Source: Amoebophrya sp. A120 (taxonomy: Eukaryota > Protista > Dinoflagellata). Taken from it: 64,000 bases of DNA. The position numbers and the translations under genes are program-made. Positions 12,401-25,200 of the stretch are shown piece after piece. The DNA is taken from the NCBI GenBank assembly GCA_905178155.1, contig CAJINV010000023.1:458914-522913 (forward strand), given 5' to 3'. The first letter of the stretch is position 1; each line of letters starts with the position of its first letter. Below the pieces are notes generated by a model. That model had not been told where the DNA came from. It saw only the letters and a program-made list of their open reading frames with translations, and searched no databases.

Positions 12401-15400
12401 GATTTGTGTACACAAATGAACTTTGTCTTGCAGCAAGAGCTTGTCGGCATATTCTAAGCCCATTTGGGTACGCGTCCGGCTAGCAGCTGAGCATGAGAGA
12501 CAAGGCTGACATAGGCGAAAACGCGTGACAGTCTCGCTGTACAATGCGCCACATGGGTGTCGTTTGCCTTGTATGCAAGACAAAGCTGATTTGTGGTCAC
12601 AAATCGGCATCACAAATCTTCGTTTCGATATGGGGAGGGGGGATACGATTTTCCTTACGATATCGTGGCTACCTTGAACCTGCCAAAGGACGCCTTCGTC
12701 TTCAAAGAAGTGGACCTGGGCCTTCCGTCCGCAGTGGCGGCACTCTTCCAAGAGCCGCAACAGGCTCCCTTTGTATGCATTGCAAATATGTCTGGGTCTG
12801 GAAACTTGTGATGCAAGGAAGGGAATAGTGAACCCACTGTAATGCGCTGCCATGCATGACAAACTTTTTTCATGGTTCTGAGTTCTTGCGTATTCCACAT
12901 GAGAAACTGCGTCTTTGCATGACAGGGAGGAGGAGCTCTTCGCGGCCACGCAATACAAAGTTCAGAGTAATGCCGGACTAGCATATTAACAAATCTCGCA
13001 ATTTCCCAGACCCAGACATTTTTGCATTTGATACTTTGCGGCGGTGTTCCACTTCGCGGCCATCGCGTTTGTGGGGGAGTCGATTGCTTTCCCCGACCTG
13101 TATCGCCGCAACGTGACTGCGAACACGGAAATCCTCGGTCGAGCCGCAAAAACAGCGGGCGTGCCACGGTTCGTGTATTCCAGCTCGTGCTCTGTGTACG
13201 GGCAGCCGGCAAACCCGGGGGAAGGTCTGGACGAGTCCGCGGCGATTCAGCCCCTGAGCCCCTACGCCTCAATATCAAAAGGTAAAATCGGGCCCCTCCC
13301 CAGATGATCAAAAGGAAATTTCTGATGCTGGATGTGCGTGCACATGCACAATAAATACAAAAAATATAAATCAGATTGTCTTGCAGAAAGTGCTTGGCGG
13401 CATTTTCTAGGCCTGTTTATTGGGTAATGATATGCAAAAGGCTAGCAATTAAGCATGTTGGCAAACAGGTTTGCACTTTGCAGTAGTCGAAATAAGCGCA
13501 TGAGAATGACAGACTGGCTGTGGAATCATGCGCCAAATAGCTCCCACTACAACCCTACAGGCAAGCCAGAGGTGATTTGTGGCCACACTTCAGCATAACA
13601 GATTTCCATTTTCATATGGTTTCGGGGGTGCTGGATTTTTCATTTCGATACCCGTCCAAGGTGGAGGCGGAAAAAGTGCTGCAAGCTCTCGCAGCGCCCT
13701 CCTTTCGCGTGAACATTTTGCGTTACTTCAACGTGATCGGCGCGGACCCCTTGCAGCGTCTGGGAGAAAACCCGCGGCCCGAGCTCCGGTCGTACGGCCG
13801 ACTCTGGACGGCCTGCGTGGACGCCGCGCGCGGCGCCCGCCCCGCCGTCAAGCTACGCGTGGACCCGAAGACGGGAGACTACGCCAAACGTGACTTCGTG
13901 CACGTTTCCGACCTGGCTTCGGCCCACCTTTTGGCTTTCGACAAGGGTCGCCAATCGCGCGGCGATGAATATCCTGTGCAAAAGTATCGTACTCGTAGTA
14001 ATTGCATTTATGCATTATAGCGTTAGTCGTGATGCATGCCCGCGCGTTAGCGCCTGGCACAGAATGAAAGTCGGTGCTGTTGTGAGAAAACCTTTTGTAG
14101 AAGAAGCTGCTATAGTCTATGGTGCCAGTTAGAAAGACCGTCGGTACGCAGCACGCGCGTAGAAGTAGACGGGTTTAGGGTATACCTACAAGCAGCGTTA
14201 CAAGTTCAAAAGCAGAAAAGATTTCGTACAAGAAGCTAGTACTTATTTAATATGAGGATGATACAATAGACAGGGTTTAGGAAAAAGTCTGTGTTCAGAC
14301 TTGGCGCGCTAGTTCGACTTTTGTTTCATTACAAGACCACTATGCGTGGCCCGCCCTGCGTATAGCATCGGGAAGCAATAGTCTTATTAGTGTAGTGCTA
14401 TGGTGGAGGGTTTAACTGCTTTGCGGTGCCCGAGTCTGTCGAGCACAAGTAGTCGTACTTGGCGCAAGTTTTAGGCGCTACGCTACTCGCCACACCGCAC
14501 CCGTACCCGTACCCGTACCCGTACAAATCTACACCCCAAGGTAAAACAGCATGACAAATTCCATTTGTCATGCTGAGGAAATTTGTAATGCCATTACTAC
14601 TAGTGCGATGCTTTTGCAATTCATGATGAATCAGCTGCAGCAACAAGAACTACCTCCGAACAAGAAGAAACTGTGTTGACCGTTATCCTGCGAAAAAACG
14701 TCCCCACCCCATAGTCAAGTTGGGAACTTAGCAACACAAATCCAGAAGTTTTGGGAGCCACGCATGACAAGTTGCAGTCCGTAGGGTAGTGCATGTTAGC
14801 AAGGACAATTGCATCACAAATCCGTCTGCTGATCCTGTTTACAGCATCACAAATTCCAAAACGCGATTGGTAAGCATAGGCATGGACATGCGCATTACAA
14901 ATCTTCCTGTCATCGGAAATCCGCATGACAACTCTGGGGGGAGCGCGTTTTTACACAGGATAACCGTCCACAACGTAGGTCTCGGGAAGCCAAATTCGAT
15001 CGCCGAGTTCGTGGAAAGTTTCCGCGCTGTGTCCGGTGTGGACGTGAAGATAGAAACGGAGCCCCTCGTATGAAATGTAAAAGTGTCTGGGTCTGGAAGA
15101 ATGCAACTTGTGATGCTGAATTTGGATTCCAAAAAAATCTGTATTGCATGAGCAGCAAAAGGAACGCAATTTTTGCTACGCGGAGAAGCATTTGTCATGC
15201 GGAATAGGCATCGCGAAGCCCTCAAAAAATATGTGATGCTAGGGCATGCATCACAGACATCATGGCCAATGCAAAACATGCATGACAAGTCTCAGAATCT
15301 TCCAGACCCAGACATTTTTACATTTGATACCTCGGGAAAGAGGAGCCGTTGCAGTTGTTCGCGAAGAGCGCGAAGATACTATCCTGAGTAAAAACGTACC

Positions 15401-18400
15401 CACACCAGAGTTGTAATGCAGATTTGCAAAGACATGGAGACTCGTAATGCGCATCCCCATGAGGGCCATTTCCAATCGTGTTTTGGAATTTGTGATGCTG
15501 TGAACAGGATGAGAGGCTTGCTTTCTCATGCGGCTGCCCTTGCTAAACAGCACGACGCTACAGATGAAAACTTGTCATGCAAACCTCCCAAAACTTGGAG
15601 ATTTGTGTTGCAGATTTACCAACTTGACTATGGGGTGGGGACGTTTTTACACAGGATAGATACAGCGGGACCTAGAGTGGAAGCCGAGGTTTACGGATTT
15701 CAAATATGTCTGGGTCTGGAAGGTTGGAACTTGTAATGCTGTCTGCGGATTCTAAAAATATCTGTGTTGCATGATGAGCAGCAAGAGGACCCACTTCTTG
15801 GCGCGCGGAGACGGCATTTCTCATGCGTGATTAGCATCAAGAAGCTCTCAAAAAATCTGTGATGCTAGCACCAGCATCACAGACCTCACGGGTCATGCAA
15901 AATGTGCATGACAAGCCCCGACTCTCTCAGACCCAGACATTTTTGTAGTTGATGAGGTTTACGGATTTGCGCGAGATGCTGCGCACCGGTTGGGCCTACG
16001 AGGTCAAAGCTCGAGGACAAGTTGTACAAGCTCTTGCAGAGAACAACAAGGGGAAAAGCGACGGCGCAACTGCTAGTACAAAAATCGCGCCAACGTCGGC
16101 AACTACACTTTCACCTTCATCTCCTGCTGATACCACCGATTCCCCGTTTCCGTTTATATGGCGTGCTCAACTGTTACGACATTCTCAACTGTTACATAAA
16201 TTTGTGATGCAAGAATGGCAAAACTGAAAGGAAGAAGATTTTTTTTGCGCCTTCTGCATTACATGGAAATAAAACAGGGTATGACAAACCATGGAAATAA
16301 GACAGTTGAGTTTGTAACGTTTGCGTCGAGTCTGATAGTTTAACCGCACGGAGTATCAAGTGCAAATATGTCTGGGTCTGGAAGGTTGCAACTTGTCATG
16401 CAGATTTTACATGACCCGTGACGTCTGTGATGTACTCCCTAGTATCACAGATTTTCTGACTATGTCTTGATGCCTATTCCGCATGACAAATGGCCTCCCC
16501 GCGTAGCACAGACTGAACTCCTCTTGCTGGTCATCCAATACAGTTTTTTTTAGAGTCCAAAGCTAGCATCACAAGTTGCAACTTTCCAGACGCAGACATA
16601 TTTGCATTTCATACGGAGTTTGACACCCTGTTGGCAGCCGGGCAGGCGCGGCAACAGAAATTTGGGTACGTTGTCGTGCTGTTCTTCAACCAGGGGTTCG
16701 TGAAGATGATGAAGAGTTGGATCTGTAACGTGAAGAAAGTCGTGGGCCCGAATTGGCTTGCGGACCACGCGCTCTTTATTGCCACGGAGCGGCAGGCTGG
16801 ACAGCAGCTGCAACTGTTTGACACCGGGTTGAGCATTGTGTACGTGACCTACATATCAAATGCAAAAATGTCTGGGTCTGGAAGAGTTCCAGACTTGTCA
16901 TGCAGGTTTTCCATGTCCCGTTAGGTCTGGCATGTAGGACATAGCACGACAGATTCTGTGCGAGTTCCATCATGCCTATCCTGCATGAGAAACTGCCTCG
17001 CGATTAGGTCAAAAGTGGACAGCTTTTGGTAAGCTTGCAACACAGATTTTTGCACGCTTCAGATTTAGCATGACAAGTTGCATTCTTCCAGACCCAGACA
17101 TTTTTCCAGTTGATACTACAAGATGCCGGCCGTAATTCGGTACGGGCAGGCTGTGTACGGGAGTTTCCTCCTGTGGTATGCATTGCAAAAGCTAAAGCAT
17201 CGTACTAGTATAAGTAAATTGAATCACAAATTTTGGCAAGAGGAAATAAAGTTGAATTTGTAATGTTGTTTTACCTTAGGATGAAGATTTGTCATGCATA
17301 TTTGCAATTAGTACGAGGAGAGCGATAGTACTTTTGCACAGGATATGTGGCGTGGCAAGTTGATTCGCGAGCTTCTGCAAGCCAAGCTGACGGTGTGGCA
17401 GGTGGAGGCAGACGCGTACTGGTCTCGAGACCCTTCCTATCCAAGAAAAAACGTTGTTATTGTAAATTTGTGAAGATGCGCAACATGCAAATTGATTGCG
17501 CCTGTCGTGCTGTGCCTGCATTGTAGGGTCCATTCAAAGGCGTTTTCGCGTACTATCTGCGCATGACAGGTTATTTTTCCTGTCATGCGAGAGCCGAAAG
17601 ATTTTTGATTTTGTCATGCTAATCCTCCAAGAAAGTTGTGTTACACCTACGTACGATCTTTTTTTCTTGGATACTTCCGAGGAGGTGCTCCAGCAAGAGG
17701 CAGACATTGTGACCATGTCGGACATGCCGCCGCCGGGAAAGTACCTGAACGGGGGCTTTCTCCTCGCGAAGCCTTCGGAGGCAAACTTGAAGGTGTGGAG
17801 CGAGGTGATCCGGAGGATGGAAAACGTGGTCCGAGGAAAAACGAAGGACGTGGGGGAGGCGGGGAACGACCAGCTTTACTTTCCGCCGGCCCTGAAACGA
17901 CACGTATCGTACGAAAAAAGTGTTTCACTGTAAGGATTTTGCATGTTTTGCATCGCAAGCTTGTTCTACATGACAGAGAAAATTTGCCATGCAAGCTTCC
18001 CAAGGGAAACAAAACACAGCTAAAACCCCACTTTCTTGCATGTGTAGCAAGACAAATACTTGTGTGTTCCATTTTATCATCATGCATCACAAGTTTACAG
18101 TAACACAGTTTTTCTTGTGGATAACACGGTGCGAAGGTGCACTGGCTGCCGCCGAACCGGTATTGTGGGGAAAAATCCCCCCTCCCCATATTGTAACGGT
18201 ATGTTTCCGAAAATTTGCGTTGCTGATTTGTGGGCACAAATCACATTTGTCTTGCAAGAAGGCAACTCCACGGGCTCCGCCGCATTATGCAGGCGGTTTG
18301 TCATGCTGTTGGGCCTACAGCGCGGACGTTTTTAATGCGAAGCGCCTAGGCCAACACCTCGCTACTCCCGCTTGGATTGGGCCTGCAGTCCTCTCCTGCA

Positions 18401-20400
18401 AGACAGCTTGAATCTGTGTACGCAAATCCAGCATCAGAAGTTTCGTTTTGATATGGGGAGGGGGATTTTTTCCTTTTGATAACCGGTTCGCCTGTGGCGT
18501 CTGGTACCGGAACCCGAAATATCCTGTGCAAAAGTATCAGATACTCGTATTGCAATCATGCATTACAAATCTTGTTCTTACGCTAAATCCGCATTACAAA
18601 CAAGGTCCGAGCACGGGGACAGAGTCCCCGTGCGGCGACCTTCCGGCAATTGTCTGGGACGAGTTCGGGGGTTGTGGTGGCTGGCACTGGGCAGGCAGGC
18701 CCCTGCAGCCCGGTGTCTCTGTGTGGCCTGCGCCCCCTGATCCGCGGCAGATCTGCGGACGGAGCCCCTCTGCTTGCCCACACTAGGCCCGTTGGCCTAC
18801 CGCGAACAAAGAGAACAGAAAGGAAGAAGCTGGCGCCGGATGTGTAGCTGGCCCCTAGGTCATGACGCGGGGACCGAGTCCCCGCGCTGACCTAGGGCTT
18901 TTGCCCCTGGGCCGTGCGGTTAGTTTCCGGGAAGCGCCCAAAGCTGGCCCCTAGGTCATGACGCGGGGACCGAGTCCCCGCGCTGACCTAGGGCTTTTGC
19001 CCCTGGGCCGTGCGGTTAGTTTCCGGGAAGCGCCCAAAGCTGGCCCCTAGGTCATGACGCGGGGACCGAGTCCCCGCGCTGACCTAGGGCTTTTGCCCCT
19101 GGGCCGTGCGGTTAGTTTCCGGGAAGCGCCCAAAGCTGGCCCCTAGGTCATGACGCGGGGACCGAGTCCCCGCGCTGACCTAGGGCTTTTGCCCCTGGGC
19201 CGTGCGGTTAGTTTCCGGGAAGCGCCCAAAGCTGGCCCCTAGGTCATGACGCGGGGACCGAGTCCCCGCGCTGACCTAGGGCTTTTGCCCCTGGGCCGTG
19301 CGGTTAGTTTCCGGGAAGCGCCCAAAGCTGGCCCCTAGGTCATGACGCGGGGACCGAGTCCCCGCGCTGACCTAGGGCTTTTGCCCCTGGGCCGTGCGGT
19401 TAGTTTCCGGGAAGCGCCCAAAGCTGGCCCCTAGGTCATGACGCGGGGACCGAGTCCCCGCGCTGACCTAGGGCTTTTGCTCCTCGGCCGTGCGGCTAGT
19501 TTCCGGGAAGCGCCCAAAGCCGGCCCCTAGGTCATGACGCGGGGACCGAGTCCCCGCGCTGGCCTAGGGCTTTTGCCACTGGGCCGCGCGGTTAGTTTCC
19601 GGGAAGCGCCCAAAGCTGGCCCCTAGGTCATGACGCGGGGACCGCGTCCCCGCGCTGACCTGGAGCTTTTGCCCCTGGGCCGTACGGTGTCCGGGAAGCG
19701 CCCAAAGGAAGCTGGCCCCCAGGTCATGACGCGGGGATTGGGTCCCCGCGCTGACCGAGGGCGCCTTTCGCCCCTGGGCCTTGCCCACGGGGCCCGGTAA
19801 GCTCGACAGGCTGGCGGCTCGCGTGACAAACTGGAGGCCGGCATTGCGCATCTCGCGTGGCGAGGTCCCAAAGTGTGTCCGGCGTGTGTCCGAAAGTCTG
19901 CCCGGGGTGTGTCGGAAAGTCTGCCCGGGGTGTGTCCGGGGTGTGTCTGGGGTATGTTCGGACTTTTTGCCTGGGGTGTGTTCGGGGGTCTGTCTGGGGT
20001 ATGTCTGGGGTGTGTCTGGGGTGTGTCTGGGGTATGTTTATACCCCACCTGTTGCTTTTTCGCCAAAAATTTGTATTCAGGTCGTGATTGACTGCCATTT
20101 GCATACCCCTGACACACCCCCGAACATACCCCCGAACATACCCCTCGCATGCATTTTTGACCAGCTGCTGCAGTTTAGATAGTAATTTCATTTCTCATGC
20201 TGAGGAAATAATTTGTGATGCATTTATACGAGTACGATACTTATTTTGCAATGCATACGAAAATTTTTCAAAAAAACTCCACCACCTTGCCCACCGTCAT
20301 TTTGAACAATTGGGTGGTGGGGAACGCCAAGAAAGTGGAACGCGCCATTAAGTGGAAGCACTGGTTTCTGAACGACGAAGAAACGGAGTGCTTGCCGTAG
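9437..20400 (+). CDS. Type II membrane UDP-arabinose 4-epimerase (MUR4/UXE-like extended SDR) fused to a C-terminal GT77 / nucleotide-diphospho-sugar transferase domain
   Basis: Spliced protein: MSSQ...ALACVCVVWLLLSS (signal anchor); VLVTGAAGYIASH (Rossmann fold); FHFAAIAFVGES; YSSSCSVYG; SPYAxxK (YxxxK); ILRYFNVIGADPLQRLGENPRPELRSYGRL; RDFVHVSDLASAH. It continues in frame into FVKMMKSWICNV, WQVEADAYWSRDP, YLNGGFLL, GNDQLYF, LNNWVVGNAKKVERAIKWKHWFL...* (TAG 20398-20400). 20 elements removed. Confidence 0.85.
10458..11917 (+). mobile_element. Non-autonomous Helitron-like element, family H1, nested in an E introner
   Basis: Inserted between A and T (GCATTTA|TACGAG) with no TSD. 3' hairpin CGCCGGCGTC-CTG-GACGCCGGCG (11884-11906) followed by CTAG. 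Subterminal 5' palindrome CCCTTATAGATTATAGGGG. Internal 12-mer satellite. Confidence 0.8.
11121..11292. repeat. 12-bp minisatellite (ATATCTGGGGRK)n inside H1
   Basis: Directly visible. The reverse-complement array (CCCCAGATATAT)n is at ~23603-23769. Confidence 0.95.
17905..18123. mobile_element. Introner family C (TIR ~TATSCAAGAAAAAAACTGTGTAAGTGTAAC), representative copy
   Basis: TSD ACACG. Others: 2273-2481, 17438-17673, 28880-29125, 41490-41713, 44014-44226, 46414-46636, 46700-46914, 51430-51638. About 210-245 bp. Confidence 0.9.
18601..20185 (-). mobile_element. Helitron-like family H2 nested in an E introner, containing the 96-bp tandem array
   Basis: On the minus strand it is inserted at GAAATGAAA|TTTGTAATGC with no TSD. 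5' end TTACTATCTA; 3' end hairpin GCACGGGGAC-TCT-GTCCCCGTGC then CTTG. Confidence 0.7.
18851..19780. repeat. 96-bp tandem repeat, ~9.5 copies, each with a long hairpin
   Basis: GCCCCTAGGT recurs at 18851, 18947 ... 19331 (5 x 96). Each unit contains CCTAGGTCA-tga-CGCGGGGAC-cga-GTCCCCGCG-c-TGACCTAGG. The first ~6 units are identical. Confidence 0.95.
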
Positions 20401-22201
20401 GTTTGATTTCTGTGGTCACCTGCTGTGCAGCTCCTTCGACTAGAATAATTCATTTTGCAATCGGCGACTCGCACCACTTCCAAAATTGTCGTTTTTGTCG
20501 CCCTGACTTGGTCCACCTCGTCTCCGGGTCATTATGCTAGTATTAATGGCAATGACTTCTGGTCGTGTGATTGGAAAGAGATTCGATTTTTCTTCTACGT
20601 CATTGCTTTATATTTTCACTTTCACACTTTCTTATTTTTATACATCACTTTTCTTTTCTTTTTACGTATATAAATGAGACCAACAAGGTCCTCATATCAA
20701 TCAAAAACCGTTTTAATATAGTAGGCGTCCCAATACTAATTGTTTTATGTTTGTTTGTTTACGGTCGGACTGCACGGCCACGTATCAAAATGAAAAATCC
20801 CCCCTCCCCATATTGAAAAGCTATGTTTCCGAAAATTTGTGTTGCTGATTTGAGGTCACAAATCACATGCGTCTTGCAAGAAGACAAGGGCAGAAGCTTC
20901 CGCCCCATTATGGTAGCGGTTTGCCATGCTGTTGGGCTTAAAGAGGAGCCGTTTGCCATGCTGAACAAGTAGACCCATACGCCCGCGCCTAGCCTGGGGA
21001 TCTGGCCGCGATGCCTCTCTGCAATACGCAGCTGATTTGTGTACACAAATCCAGCATCAGAAATTCCGTGGTGATATGGGGAGGGGGGATTTTTCCTCTC
21101 AATACCACGACTTTTTTACTTCCTCGTAACGGGCATGGCCCGCTATAGGAATCTCTTGCTGCATGATATGCCTTGCAAATATCCTTGGATCATGTCTGGA
21201 AGATTCTGAGACTTGTCATGCGCGTTTTGCGTGAGCCATCATGCGCTAGCATCACAGAATTTGGAGGGCCTTCTGATGCGTTATAATTTCGCACGACAAG
21301 CAAGGTCCACGCGAGAGAATAGGGTCCCCACGCTGGGGCCTTGCGCCCATCCCTAGTAGCGCTAGTGGGGCAAGGAGGTGCGGCATCGGGGCGGGCAGCG
21401 TCCTTCCCTCGCTTCACACCAGGGCGCGCGCACAGTGGCTCAATAGTGCGCGAAGCACTAGTGGGGCAAGGATGTTCGGCATCGGGGCGGGCGGCGTCCG
21501 CCCCTCGCCTCACACCAGGCGCGCGCAGAGCACTAGTGGGGGGGAGGGTGTCCACCCGTCATGGCCACCTGTCGCGGTCACCTGTCGCCCGGGGTACGCG
21601 TTACCAGGGCCCGGAAGCCAAGCAATGTAAGTCAATAATGATGCCCCCCTCGTCGCCGCGTAGCAAAAATTGCATTCGCTTTGCTGCTCATGCAATACAG
21701 ATTTTGACTTTTGGAATCCAAAGGCAGCGTCACAAGTTGCACTCTTCCAGACATCCAGGGATCATTATTATAAATATTTGCATTTTATACAACAAGAATC
21801 TCACATGTTATTCAAGCCGGAGATTTATTGTGAAGCAAAAAGACCGTACCGGATCTGGTTCTGGCCTGGTGCTCTCGTCACACAGGAGGATCGGTAAAAT
21901 CGAACCCATCAAGAGCAGCTCCACAAAACGATGGCAGAAGAATCTATTTCTCTGGCGGGTTGTACTAGATTGGTTTAGAGCCAGCGGAGCTGCAGGAGCC
22001 CTACTGTGTTGGAGTTCCGGATTATAGAAAAATTCGAGACCGAGTTCGAAAATTTTATGTCTATACTTTTCAAAGGTATAGAAGAAGAAGTCCAGTACTA
22101 GATCTATGTGAAAATGCGCCAAAGCGATCGCAAACCCAAAATAGATTGAAATTTTTATTGTGGCATCCTAGATGAAATAGAAATCCGTCGTGGCTGCATC
22201 A

Positions 22202-25200
22202 ATGGGTGTGCCCGGTTCCGGAGGTTCCGGCCCGGGAAGGTCTGGCTCGGATGAGGCGGGACGACCCGGCTTTGGGTACCCTGTGTAAAAACGTCACCAC
22301 CCCAGAGTTATCATGCAGATTTGCAATGACAAGAACTGAACATTTGTGATGCGCACCCCCATGTCAACATGACTACAGGCATTTTCAATCGTGTTTGGGA
22401 ATTTGTATATGCTCTAAACGGATAAGCAGATGGATTTGTAATGCGGCTGTCCTTGCTACCTTGCACTACCTTACGGACTGCAACCTGTCATGCGTGATTC
22501 CCATAACTCCTAGGTTTGTGTTGCAAAGTCCCCATCTTGACTCTGGGGTGGGGACGTTTTTACTCAGGATATTGGGGCGCGTGTCGCCAAGGCTGTGCTG
22601 CTTTGCGTGTACATCTTCCTTGGCGTATCAACTAGAAAAATTCCCCCACCCCATATCGAAAACGAAATTTGTGATGGTCTATTTGAGTACACAAATCGAC
22701 TTGTAATGCTAGAAGGCCAAGAGCCGCAGTTATGGCCTCGTTTGCAGGCAATTTGTCATGCTGTTTCCCACTTCCAGTTGCTTCCTGTCATGCTGAAGAT
22801 GCAAGGATATGGGGAGGGGGGATTTTTCTTCTTGATATGGCGCGTCTATGATGTTGTCCGTGGAGATCACGAAGAGCGTATGCGTTGCAAATATGCCTGG
22901 GTCTGGAAGAGGGTCACTTGTCATGCTACATCTGGATCGTGGAAAAATTTGTGTTGCATCATTGCCAAAAGAGGTCCACTTTTGAACAAGTTTACAGGCA
23001 GTTTCTCATGCAGAAAAGGCATGAAAAAGATCTCACAGAACCTATCATGCCAGGCCGTGCATGCCAGTCCGCGTGGGTCATGGAAAACCTGCATGACAAA
23101 CCTGGCAATCTTCCAGACCCAAACATTTTTGCATTTGATAGAGCGCGAAAACCAACAAAATTGAATACAGCACGCAACAGGCCGTCCTTATGAACTGCAA
23201 AAGTATCGTACTCGTACTAGACCACTACGCCGGCGTCCAGGACGCCGGCGATAGGTGGCCTAGTAAATCTAAACGCAACTACCAAGCAAACTAACAACAA
23301 AGAGGAGAAAACTTGGAGAGCGTTGGGCTGAAGACTAGTCGGAAGAAGCCTGCTCTTGGGAATCTGCTAGCGGAAACGCGGCCACTATTCGAAGCCCTTC
23401 GGGCCGCGGTTTTAGCATGACAAAACGGGCCCGCACTTGCTACTGAAGCCTTTCACTAGTAGAGGCCCACATTAGTAGACGCGCGCGCCTTCGCTTGCGG
23501 GGCTTCTTCCTAACAAGCTCGCCCCCGCCCGACCCGGCCGTCGGCCTTGGCCTTGGCCTAATCCCCCGCTTTTGGGCTGCCCGCCTGATCTCTAGAGGAG
23601 GCCTCTCCCCAGATCTCTCCCCAGATCTCTCCCCAGATATCTCCCCAGATATCTCCCCAGATATCTCCCCAGATATATCCCCAGATATATCCCCAGATAT
23701 ATCCCCAGATATATCCCCAGATATATCCCCAGATATATCCCCAGATATATCCCCAGATATATCCCCAGAGCGTTGTGAGTGCCCTTGCCCTTTTGGCGGG
23801 AAAGGCCGCCCTTTTCGTTTTGCATGCGTGCCGAGTTTCATCGCCCCCCCCTACCCCCCCAAATGGGGCCGGTGTTTGGGTGTAGCCGGAATAGGCCTGC
23901 CAAAAACCGGCCGGACCGCCCGCAGGGAGGACACACCTGCAGGATTTTTGTTCCCCGCGATGCCATTTTTTTCTTACGCGTGTTCACTTAGAAGCTTCCC
24001 TTAGGGGCTCCCTTAAGGAAAGTTTCTAGATGCCCTTTTTTCTAGAATTCTTTTTCTAAGGGCGCCCCTATAATCTATAAGGGCTAAAAATCCGAGTAAA
24101 AATTCTATAGTTCTATTTTATAAATGCATTACAAATTTCCTCAGCATGAGAAATAAAATTGGTAATGCTGATTTGCCTTCAGAAAAAAATTTGTGATGCA
24201 AGACTTGCATTTATACGAGTGCGATGCTTTTGCATTGGATAGTCCTGGCGATCGAGGCACTGAAACTCGCAATTTGCTACCTACTCATTCACTATCAAAT
24301 GCAAAGCTGTCTGGGTCTGGAAGGTTGAACCTGTATTGCATGTTTCGCAATTCTAAAAAACCTGTATTGCATAAGCAGCAAATAAAGCGCCACATTTTCG
24401 TGATGTTACAAAAGCGCAGTTTGTCATGCGTTCTGCGCATGAGAATAAAGCGTTTGAAACATTTGTCATGCTGCGCTGCACTTACGGGCGCAGTCAATCA
24501 TGACCATTCAGCATTACAAGTGTCCAGACATCCAGGGATATTTGCAATCCATATTCACTTCGGGCCCGCAATCCTCCACAGTTTCGACGCCGACGGAGGG
24601 TCGTCTACTTACGAGTTCGACAAGGATCAAACTTCGTGGCGAAACTGGTTTCGATACGGCGGCCCTGCCTTGTGTTACGTATCAAATGCAAAAATGTCTG
24701 GGTCTGGAAGATTCCGAGATTTGTCATGCAGTTTTTCCAAGCTCCCCCACGTCTGGAATGCAGGGCCTAGCATCACAGGTTCTGCAGCTCCTTGGTGATG
24801 CGTATTCTGCATGAGAAATGCCCTCTCAGCATGGCCAGAAGTAGGGACCTTTTGCACGTTATGCATCACAGATCTCTGTGGGATCCGAAACACGCATCAC
24901 AAGTTCGGATCCTTCCAGACCCAGACATTTTTACATTTGATATTACGCACTGCAGAACAACGTGAACATCTACGCCATTTCCCTGCTCGGCGCGCACGTT
25001 TTTTCTCTTTTGTGCTATGGATCGCAAAAATGTCCGCGTCTGGAAGATTGCAGCTTGTAATGCTGTCTTTGGATTCCAAAAAAATCTGTATTGCATGAGC
25101 AGCAACTGGACTCCAGTTTGTGTTACGCGGAGAGGGCATTTCCCATGCGGAATAGGCATTAGGGAGCCCTCTAAAAATCTGCGTTGCTAGATCATGCATT

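Noticed and set aside
14496-14523. (CCCGTA)n as a telomeric repeat
   Set aside because: Only ~4 units, internal to a nested insert, and unlike the TTTAGGG-type repeat expected in dinoflagellates.
18851-19780. CRISPR-like palindromic repeat array
   Set aside because: The units are contiguous and identical with no unique spacers, there are no cas genes, and the context is eukaryotic.
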